Source: Alphaproteobacteria bacterium
Lineage (GTDB): Bacteria > Pseudomonadota > Alphaproteobacteria > UBA7887
DNA length: 64,000 nucleotides
Direction of reading: 5' to 3'
NCBI GenBank assembly: GCA_965214495.1
Contig: OZ243958.1
Location: 157,819-221,818 of the forward strand
Every line of letters begins with the position of its first letter. Within the stretch, counting starts at the first letter, position 1. The notes below the pieces were generated by a model that was given only the letters and a program-made list of their open reading frames with translations, was not told the DNA's origin and searched no databases. Position numbers and translations under genes: made by a program. Positions 18,032 through 25,187 of this stretch are shown in pieces.

Positions 18032-18673
18032 ATGCCTGTAGCGAACAACACCGTCACCCGACGCCGTTTTGCGCTTGGCGCGATGGCTCTGGCCGCGAGC
18101 GCGGTCGCGACCGGCCGCGTGCGCACGGCTGCCGCGTCGGAGGAGCAGGCACGCGCCCATGTCGTCTCGCTGATCGAGCAGGCGATGGCGATACTCGACG
18201 ACTCGCGCAGCGACGACACACAGCGCGCAGCGGGCTTCCGCCGCCTGCTGCACAGCTATTTCGATCTGCCGATGATGACCCGCGTCGTCATCGGGCGTCA
18301 TTGGCGTGCTGCGACCGGAGAGCAGAAGCAGGCGTTCGCCGGCGCGTTCGAGGAACATGTCGTCGGCATCTACGCCGCGCAGCTCGCCGCGTATGACGGC
18401 GAAACGGTGGTGATCCGCAACGTGGTGACCCGCACCGAGCGCGACGCCATCGTTTTCACCGAGATCCAGCGCCCTCCGGATCCGCCGATCAGCATCGACT
18501 GGCTCGTGCGCCATACGGAACAGGACTATCGCATCATCGACGTTGCCGCCGAGGGCGTGAGTATGGTCGCCACCAAGCGCGAGGAGTTCGCCGCTGTCAT
18601 CGCCCGCCAGGGCCTCGACGGTCTGATCGTCAGCCTCCGGCGGCTCAACGCGGCCGACGCCGAAGAATCCTGA
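18032..18673 (+). CDS. mlaC: MlaC/Ttg2D family phospholipid-binding periplasmic protein
   Basis: A Tat-like RRRFALGAMA leader is present. F..LL...FD...M.R.V.G..W......Q...F...F....V..Y, YRI.DV..EGVS and its position after mlaA support the call. Confidence 0.7.
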   Translation: MPVANNTVTRRRFALGAMALAASAVATGRVRTAAASEEQARAHVVSLIEQAMAILDDSRSDDTQRAAGFRRLLHSYFDLPMMTRVVIGRHWRAATGEQKQAFAGAFEEHVVGIYAAQLAAYDGETVVIRNVVTRTERDAIVFTEIQRPPDPPISIDWLVRHTEQDYRIIDVAAEGVSMVATKREEFAAVIARQGLDGLIVSLRRLNAADAEES

Positions 18674-18688
18674 TCCCGGGGATCCGTG

Positions 18689-19339
18689 CTACCGGCGCGC
18701 GCCGGTGGCGAGCCGGCCCCGCTCCATCACGTCGATGCGCCCGGCGACGGCGCGGGCGAAATCCAGGTTCTGCTCGACCAGAAGCACCGCCAGGCCCTCC
18801 GAGACCAGGTCTCGCAGCGTCCCGACCAGCGCTTCCACGACCGAGGGCTGCACCCCTTCGGTCGGTTCGTCGAGGAGGAGCAGCCGCGGTCGGGCGCACA
18901 GCGCGCGCGCCAACGCGACGATCTGTTGCTCACCGCCGCTCAACCCGCTGCCGGCGCGCTCCAGAAGAGCTCCTAGCGCTGGAAAGCGCTCCACCGACGC
19001 CGCGATCGCGGTTGCAATGTCGCCGCGCCGACCGAGAGCGCCGAGCGCCAGATTCTCGCGCACCGTCAGGTTCCCGAAGATCTCCCGCCCCTGTGGCGCC
19101 CAAGCCATGCCGGCGCGGCTGCGCGCGTGAGTCGGCAGCCCGCTCACATCGCGCCCGGCGAGTTGCAAACGTTCCGTGCGCGTCGGAAGGAGGCCCAGCA
19201 GCGCCTTCAGGAGGGTGGTTTTGCCTGCGCCGTTGTCGCCGACCACCGCGACGCAACTTCGTGCCGGCACGGTGAGACAGATGTCGTGGAGCACGGGAAT
19301 GCCGCCGTAACCGGCGGACAGGCCGGCTACGTCGAGCAT
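18689..19339 (-). CDS. ABC transporter ATP-binding protein (LivF/UrtE-like)
   Basis: Walker A GDNGAGKTT, signature LSGGEQQ and Walker B LLLLDEP are present. 216 aa. Last gene of a five-gene importer operon. Confidence 0.85.
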   Translation of the reverse strand: MLDVAGLSAGYGGIPVLHDICLTVPARSCVAVVGDNGAGKTTLLKALLGLLPTRTERLQLAGRDVSGLPTHARSRAGMAWAPQGREIFGNLTVRENLALGALGRRGDIATAIAASVERFPALGALLERAGSGLSGGEQQIVALARALCARPRLLLLDEPTEGVQPSVVEALVGTLRDLVSEGLAVLLVEQNLDFARAVAGRIDVMERGRLATGARR

Positions 19340-20037
19340 CGCCGCGCTCCTCCCGGCGCGCCGAGATAAATCCTGCGCACCGCAGGGTCGGCCATCACCT
19401 GCGCCCAGTCGCCTTCGGCCAGAGTCCGGCCCCGGTTCAGCACCGTGACCGGGCAGGCCAGGTCGGCGACGAACCGCAGGTCGTGTGCGACCACGATAAC
19501 CGCCGCCCGCCCCGCAAGGCCGCGAACGACTGTGGCGACGCGCGCCGCTTCCCCCGCCGTGAGCCCGGCCGTGGGTTCGTCGAGCAACAACAGGCGCGGC
19601 CGCGCCGCCAGGACCGTGGCCAGTTCGACCATCTGGCGCTCGCCGTGCGAGAGGCGAGCCACCGGCCGGCGATCGTCTTGCGTGAGGCCGAGGTCGGCGA
19701 TCAGGGCGCCATCGACGCCGCCGCGGCTCGCCAGACGGCAATGTTCGGCGGCGGTGAGCGATTCGAACAGGCTCGGCACCTGTGTCTTCAGACCGATGCC
19801 GGCGCCGGCGCGGGCATGGGTCGGCCATCCGGTCACGTCGCCGCCGGCGAAGCGGATGCGCCCCGAATCCGGGCGCATCTGACCACTCAGGCATTTCAGA
19901 AAGGTGCTCTTTCCGGCGCCGTTCGGGCCGATCAGACAGCGCAGCGCGCCCGCCTCGAGCGACAGGTCGAAGCTGTCGAGCGCGGTCACGCCGCCGAACC
20001 GCACGGTGAGATCGGTCACTTCCAGCAGTGCCGTCAT
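19327..20037 (-). CDS. ABC transporter ATP-binding protein (LivG/UrtD-like)
   Basis: Walker A GPNGAGKST, signature-like LSHGERQ and Walker B LLLLDEP are present. 236 aa. It overlaps both neighbours. Confidence 0.85.
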   Translation of the reverse strand: MTALLEVTDLTVRFGGVTALDSFDLSLEAGALRCLIGPNGAGKSTFLKCLSGQMRPDSGRIRFAGGDVTGWPTHARAGAGIGLKTQVPSLFESLTAAEHCRLASRGGVDGALIADLGLTQDDRRPVARLSHGERQMVELATVLAARPRLLLLDEPTAGLTAGEAARVATVVRGLAGRAAVIVVAHDLRFVADLACPVTVLNRGRTLAEGDWAQVMADPAVRRIYLGAPGGARRCST

Positions 20038-21032
20038 CGTCGGGCTGCGGCGACGACCTCGCGGACCCACGGCCACAGTCCGCGCGGCATCGCCACCACC
20101 ACCGCGATCAGGATGGCCCCCAGAACCGCGTGCGAATCGATTCGCGAGAGAGCGGGATGCAGTGCGCCGAGCGCGCCCGCCTGCATCGTCAGATACTGGA
20201 TCGCAATCGCGCCGAGCACCGGACCGATCAGGGTGCCCGAACCGCCGGCGACCACCCACACCAGGGTCTGCGCGACATAGCTCAACCCGAACATTTCGGG
20301 GCTGACGAACGAGTTGCTGGCGAACAGCACCCCTGAACAACCGGCCATGCCGGCGCCGGCGGCGAAAATCAGCGTCCGCCGGCGGCGCACGTCGTAACCG
20401 AGCAGTTCGGCGCGCAAGGGGTTCTCGCGAATCGCCACCGCCGCACCGCCGAAGCGGGTGGCCAGCAGCCACGCGCTGGCCAGATAGCACATCACCAGCG
20501 CCGCCATCGCAACGCGGAACGCGGCTTCCGCACCCAGCGGCGCGCCCGGATCGAACGGCGCGTTCAACGGCGGCGTCGCCGGAATGCCGTTCGCGCCGCC
20601 GAGACGCGCCGCGCCGATCGCATAGTTGGGTCCGGCGGTGCTGTTGGCGAGCTTGAACAGAATCAACGTCACGGTCAGCGTGATGACCCCGACATAGATG
20701 TCGCCGAGGCGGCCGTAGAACATGAGGTAGCCGACGCCGAACGCGAAGAGTGTCGGCACGAGGACGGCGACCGGCGCCGCCAGCGTCGAATCGCCGAAAT
20801 TGATCGCCGCGACCGCGTAGGCGTAGCCGCCAAGGCCGAAAAACGCAGTCTGGCCGAAGCACATGATACCCCCGAAGCCCCAGACAAGGCCCAGACTGAG
20901 GGCGAGGATCGCCAGCGCGACGAAGACCGTCGCGTTGATGATCGCATAGAGCGACAGCACGTGAGGCAGCACGACCGCCAGCGCGACGCCCAGCGCGACT
21001 GCCGCCGCGTGCCCGCGCGCGGCCGGAGTCAT
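20034..21032 (-). CDS. Branched-chain amino acid/urea-type ABC transporter permease (LivM/UrtC-like)
   Basis: 332-aa polytopic protein with G..CFGQTAFFGLGGY and IRENPLRAELLGYDV motifs. The start overlaps the upstream permease stop. Confidence 0.8.
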   Translation of the reverse strand: MTPAARGHAAAVALGVALAVVLPHVLSLYAIINATVFVALAILALSLGLVWGFGGIMCFGQTAFFGLGGYAYAVAAINFGDSTLAAPVAVLVPTLFAFGVGYLMFYGRLGDIYVGVITLTVTLILFKLANSTAGPNYAIGAARLGGANGIPATPPLNAPFDPGAPLGAEAAFRVAMAALVMCYLASAWLLATRFGGAAVAIRENPLRAELLGYDVRRRRTLIFAAGAGMAGCSGVLFASNSFVSPEMFGLSYVAQTLVWVVAGGSGTLIGPVLGAIAIQYLTMQAGALGALHPALSRIDSHAVLGAILIAVVVAMPRGLWPWVREVVAAARR

Positions 21033-21895
21033 ACGCCGGCCCGGAAGAACCGCCCGGTAATCCCGCGCGGCAGCAATCGCACCAGCACCACCGCCGCGGC
21101 GAACAGCGCGACCTCGCCGAGCACGGGAGTGGCGGCGAAGCCGACCCCGGTCCCCACCCCGCCGAGCAGCGTGGCCGAAGCCGCGGTGCCGGGAACGATC
21201 GCCGCGCCGCCGACCATGACCGTAACGAAAGCCTTGGCGACCCACGCCGCGCCGATCGTCGGCGCGACGCCGGAAACCGGTGTGAGCAGTGCCCCCGCGA
21301 GCCCGCTCAACGCCGCGCCGGCGGTGAACGTCGCCGCGTGGACCCGCGCCCGATCGATACCCAGCGCCGCCGCCATGTCGGGGTTTCGCATCACCGCGCG
21401 GGCGCGCAGGCCGGCGCGGGTGCGATAGAGAACCAGATGGATGCCGGTCATGATCGCGGCCGCGGCGCCGATCAGCATCAGGTCCCAGGCGCCGGCGCGG
21501 AACCCGCCGACCGCGAACGACCCGAGCGGCGCCGAAATGCCCCGCATCGTGTTGCCGAAAATCATCGCCGCGGCCCCGGTCAGCAGAAGACTGAGGCCCC
21601 ACGTTGCCAGCAGCGTATCGACCAGGCGCCCATAGAAGCGCCGGATCAGCAGACGCTCGACGGCGAATCCGATGGCGCCCACCGCCACCGGCGCCACCAC
21701 CAGCATGGCCACCCACAGATTCACGCCGCTCGCCTCGGCCAGAATCGCCGCGTAGCCGCCGAGCATCAGGAACTCGCCGTGGGCGAGATTGATGACCCGC
21801 ATCATGCCGAAGATCACAGCCAGGCCGGCGCCGATCAGCATCAGTGTGGCGATGCCGGTCAGCAGTTGAAGAACGACGAATGCCGCGAAGTCCAT
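21029..21895 (-). CDS. Branched-chain amino acid/urea-type ABC transporter permease (LivH/UrtB-like)
   Basis: 288 aa, with INLAHGEFLMLGGY and AVMRNPDMAAALGI motifs typical of LivH-type permeases. Confidence 0.8.
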   Translation of the reverse strand: MDFAAFVVLQLLTGIATLMLIGAGLAVIFGMMRVINLAHGEFLMLGGYAAILAEASGVNLWVAMLVVAPVAVGAIGFAVERLLIRRFYGRLVDTLLATWGLSLLLTGAAAMIFGNTMRGISAPLGSFAVGGFRAGAWDLMLIGAAAAIMTGIHLVLYRTRAGLRARAVMRNPDMAAALGIDRARVHAATFTAGAALSGLAGALLTPVSGVAPTIGAAWVAKAFVTVMVGGAAIVPGTAASATLLGGVGTGVGFAATPVLGEVALFAAAVVLVRLLPRGITGRFFRAGV

Positions 21896-21932
21896 CGCTG
21901 CAGCGCGGAAAAGGGCGGAGGCGCGCGCCCGC

Positions 21933-23168
21933 TCAGATGTCGAGGTCGATCTCGTACATCTTGGTGTCGTCGGGATTGCGCTTCAGGTCGCACACGGCAG
22001 CCGTGTCCGCCGGCGTCTGTCCCGGATGGCTCGCGAACACCTCGAAGGCGCCGTCCACGACCTCGCCCAGATAGACCGTCTGCACGACGTGATGGGTCGC
22101 GGGATCGATCGCGACCCGGCCGCTCGGGCCGTCGATCGCCAGATCGTCCTCCAGCGCCTCGATCACCGCCATGCGCTGAACGCTGCCGGCGCGGCGCACG
22201 GCCTCGGCCCACAGCAGAAAGCCTTCGTACGAGCGCACGGCGAGTTCGTTCACCGCCGGCGCTCGCTCGCCATAGGCCGCTTTCAGCCGGTCGAGAAACG
22301 CCCGGTTGGCGGCGTCCGGCAGTTCGGCGAAATAACCGTAACAGGCGACGATCCCCTCGCTTTCCTCCGGCGAGAGCACGTGGTGCTCGTTGCCGACACC
22401 GAAGGTGGTCGAGGCCATGGGGATGCGCGACTTCATACCCGCCGACGCCCATTGGCGGCAGAACGACATGTGTGCACCGCCGACCAGCACCGACACCACG
22501 GCGTCCGGCGCCGCGGCCTGGATATCGCCGATGGTCGGCCCGAAATTGGTGACCTCGACCGGAAAGAAATCGCTCGCCACGATCTCGCCGCCGCCCGCAC
22601 GCGCGAATTTGGCCACCCAGCGCGCGGTGATCCGACCATAATTGTAGTCAGCGGCCACGATGTAGAGGCGTTTGCCCCAGCGCCGCATGATCTCGGGCAC
22701 CAGCTTCGCGACCGTTTGTGCCGGGGTCGAGCCGGTGCACACGATGTTCCGGTCGCATACGCCGCCCTCATACTGGGTGTTGTAGAAGTAGAGCGTGCGG
22801 TATTGCCGCAACAGCGGCCGGATCGCCTCCCGGGAGGCGCTGGTGATACCGGCGTGCACCACCGCCGCGCCGTCGCGCGTCGCCGCCTGGATGGCGTATT
22901 GGCGATAGAGTTGCAGCTCCGACTGCGCATCGTAGAGCAATAGCTCGATCGGTCGCCCGAGCAGGCCGCCGGCGGCGTTGGTTTCATCGACCGCGAGCCT
23001 CATGCAATCGATCATCGGCTGGCCGTAAACGTCGAAGATGCCGGAACCGTCGAGAATGCCGGCAACGGTTATCGCGTCGTCGGCGCCCGCAACCGCCGGC
23101 GCTCCGACGTGCAACGCAGCGGCGCCGGCGGCCGACCGGGCCAGAAACTGTCTGCGGGTGATAGTCAT
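21933..23168 (-). CDS. ABC transporter substrate-binding protein, urea/short-chain-amide (UrtA/FmdD/AmiC-like) type
   Basis: Tat-type leader TRRQFLARSAAGAAAL. ITVAGILDGSG...YG......LAVDE.NAAGGLLGRPIELLLYD and YFYNTQYEGGVC.RNIVCTGSTPAQ resemble the amide/urea-binding branch of type I periplasmic binding proteins. GGAGGG RBS. The substrate is not determinable from sequence. Confidence 0.7.
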   Translation of the reverse strand: MTITRRQFLARSAAGAAALHVGAPAVAGADDAITVAGILDGSGIFDVYGQPMIDCMRLAVDETNAAGGLLGRPIELLLYDAQSELQLYRQYAIQAATRDGAAVVHAGITSASREAIRPLLRQYRTLYFYNTQYEGGVCDRNIVCTGSTPAQTVAKLVPEIMRRWGKRLYIVAADYNYGRITARWVAKFARAGGGEIVASDFFPVEVTNFGPTIGDIQAAAPDAVVSVLVGGAHMSFCRQWASAGMKSRIPMASTTFGVGNEHHVLSPEESEGIVACYGYFAELPDAANRAFLDRLKAAYGERAPAVNELAVRSYEGFLLWAEAVRRAGSVQRMAVIEALEDDLAIDGPSGRVAIDPATHHVVQTVYLGEVVDGAFEVFASHPGQTPADTAAVCDLKRNPDDTKMYEIDLDI

Positions 23169-23300
23169 GCTACCCTCCAGGGGCTTGCCGCGGTCGTCTC
23201 GGGTGCGCGCCCGGGCGGGATTCCCGGCTCGTCCCTTGCAACCCGAGCAGCGAAGCCACCGGGCCTCACGCGGCTACCGCTTCAAACCTCCCGACTGCCG

Positions 23301-23513
23301 TCAACGGTTGGCCGCCGCCGGAGTCTCATCGACCGTCGCGAAGGGCCTGTCGAGATCGGGACCCACCGCGTTCACGGCGGCGATGACGACGACCGCGATC
23401 AGCGCCGCGATGAGGCCGTATTCGATGACGGTCGCGCCGTCTTCGCCCTTCACGAAATGCTGCGCCCGCGAGCGTCTTCTCACCGATCGAACCCTTGCCG
23501 CTTCTTCAGGCAC
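23301..23513 (-). CDS. flp: Flp family type IVb pilin (orphan)
   Basis: Contains the Flp motif GATVIEYGLIAALIAVVVIAAV. The precise start is uncertain, as the long basic N-terminus suggests a later initiation codon. Confidence 0.65.
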   Translation of the reverse strand: MPEEAARVRSVRRRSRAQHFVKGEDGATVIEYGLIAALIAVVVIAAVNAVGPDLDRPFATVDETPAAANR

Positions 23514-23517
23514 CGTC

Positions 23518-24483
23518 TCATTTGGACCTCTCCCGCGTCGCTGTCAACGAGAAGGCGCGGCGCAACGCGGCGCCCGCCGCGTCCACCGCCGCGCGGGCGT
23601 CGTCCAGCACGGCAGGCGCCTGGAAGAACGCATGGGCCATCTGCGGAAACGCACGGTGCTCGGCCGCCACTCCGGCCTCGCGCAGCGCCTCCGCATAGGC
23701 GATGCCCTCGCCGTAGAGCGGATCGACGCCGGCGCCGATCACCAGTGCGGGCGGCAGGCCGGTGTGACTGGCCGCGCGCAGCGGCGCGCAACGCCAGTCG
23801 GTCCGCTGCGCCGCATCCGGTACGTAGAGATTCCAGAAATACGCCATGCGCTCGCGGTTCAGCACCGGCGCGTCGCCGAGTGTCGCATAAGTGCCGCCGT
23901 CGATGTCGGAGTCGACGACTGGATAGATCAACAGTTGGAACGCCAGTGCGGGGCCGCCGGAGTCCCGCGCCATCAGCGCGCACACCGCGGCGAGGTTGCC
24001 TCCGGCGCTATCGCCCGCGACCGCGAGGCGGGCAGGGTCGCCGCCGAACTGCGCTGCGTTCTCCGCGATCCACCGTAACGCCGCGAAGCAGTCTTCCGCC
24101 GCTGCGGGGAACGGGTGTTCGGGGGCGCGGCGGTAGTCGATCGAGATGCTGAGGCACCGCGCCGCCGCCGTGATCGCGCGCACTCCCTTGTCGTGGCTGT
24201 CGATATCGCCGAGCACCCAGCCGCCGCCGTGAAAATACACCACCACCGGCAGGGGTTCGGCCGAGTTCACGGCATAGAGGCGCGCTGTGAGCGCCCCCGC
24301 CGGGCCGGGTATCGTCAGCGACTCGACCCGGTCCACCGGCACAGGGTCGCCGTAATAGCGCTGTGCGCGTTCGACGGTAATCCGCCGCGCTTCTTCTACC
24401 GGCACCGTGATCTGGTCGGGATAGCCGGCTTGGGCGATGCGCGCCAGCATGGCCCTGAGTTGTGGATGCAACCGGTCGAGCAC
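23518..24483 (-). CDS. Alpha/beta hydrolase, hormone-sensitive-lipase-type esterase
   Basis: Oxyanion motif HGGGW, nucleophile elbow GDSAGGNL, DPL and a C-terminal HAF are present. GTG start preceded by GAGGAGGAGG. Confidence 0.85.
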   Translation of the reverse strand: MLDRLHPQLRAMLARIAQAGYPDQITVPVEEARRITVERAQRYYGDPVPVDRVESLTIPGPAGALTARLYAVNSAEPLPVVVYFHGGGWVLGDIDSHDKGVRAITAAARCLSISIDYRRAPEHPFPAAAEDCFAALRWIAENAAQFGGDPARLAVAGDSAGGNLAAVCALMARDSGGPALAFQLLIYPVVDSDIDGGTYATLGDAPVLNRERMAYFWNLYVPDAAQRTDWRCAPLRAASHTGLPPALVIGAGVDPLYGEGIAYAEALREAGVAAEHRAFPQMAHAFFQAPAVLDDARAAVDAAGAALRRAFSLTATRERSK

Positions 24484-24954
24484 TGCCTCCTCCTCGGTCG
24501 AGAGAGTCCGAACCGGACTGGCGATCAGCCTTCGACCCGGATCATATACTCGATCATGCGACCGAAGGTTTCCGAATTTGGCGCGAATCGGATGGAGCCG
24601 GGCGATGAAGGCGTCGCGCGACGCTTTGTGCCGATGACGGCCGGGTCAGCCGGGGAATGCCGGACCGAGGGCATGGCCGGGACATGGCGCGCAGAACCGG
24701 GATCGAGAGCTTCTGGACCATGATCGAGCGGGGTTGTCAGGGTGTCTTCCATCGCTTCTCACGGGAGCGCCTCGACCGCCATGTCGGGGAATTCGCGATG
24801 CGCTGCGTCCGCAATGCCTGATCTACCTCACGGATAGCTATGTGAACGACTTCCTCCCTGAGCAGGACTACCCGATCCCGCGGATCGTGACTACGGGCGG
24901 CCGTGAGGGAACATGCCTATGGGTGAGACAACCCATAGGTAACCCCGGCAGACG

Positions 24955-25067
24955 GTCCCCTGTGAGCTTGCCTTTACGGGGCCGCCCCTGAGACCGGGGG
25001 AATGGCGGGACACGTGCAGCGCGACGCAACGTCCCCTGTGAGCTTGCCTTTACGGGGCCACCCCTGA
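24955..25067. repeat. Two 37-nt direct repeats separated by 39 nt, in a lower-GC intergenic islet
   Basis: GTCCCCTGTGAGCTTGCCTTTACGGGGCC(G/A)CCCCTGA occurs at 24955-24991 and 25031-25067, with 36/37 identity. I see no convincing coding frame across them. Confidence 0.8.
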
Positions 25068-25113
25068 CCTGGGAAAGGAGGAGGAGTAGGAATAGCTGGA
25101 GAAGTAAGAGTAA

Positions 25114-25129
25114 GGCCAATCGATTGGCC
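25114..25129 (-). terminator. Probable intrinsic terminator of valS
   Basis: Perfect 16-nt palindrome GGCCAATCGATTGGCC about 60 nt past the valS stop. On the minus strand it is followed by the T-rich run TTACTCTTACTTCT. Confidence 0.5.
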
Positions 25130-25187
25130 CGACTTTCTGGATATCCACCGTATTCCATACACTAGTCATCGAGTATGTAATCCGCCT

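Noticed and set aside
23169-23300. Guanidine-I (ykkC) riboswitch upstream of the ABC importer
   Set aside because: I could not find the conserved CUAGGGUUCCG / GGUCCGAGAG / ACACGGCGGGA blocks. The only similarity is a loose GGGAC…CCGGGA segment.
24955-25067. Possible minimal CRISPR array (37-nt repeats with a 39-nt spacer)
   Set aside because: There are only two repeat copies, no cas genes in the 64-kb window and no recognisable leader. The geometry alone is insufficient. The pair is kept as a generic repeat or possible RNA finding instead.
25040-25095. SRP (4.5S) RNA or cuckoo/CcsR sRNA assignment, based on AGGUCAGG and CCUCCUCCUUUCCC on the minus strand
   Set aside because: Beyond the short AGGUCAGG match, the conserved SRP domain IV sequence (…GGUCCGGAAGGAAGCAGCC…) is absent. 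There is only one CCUCCUCC motif, and I could not place it in a hairpin loop as required for the cuckoo/CcsR family. It is mentioned only as a resemblance.
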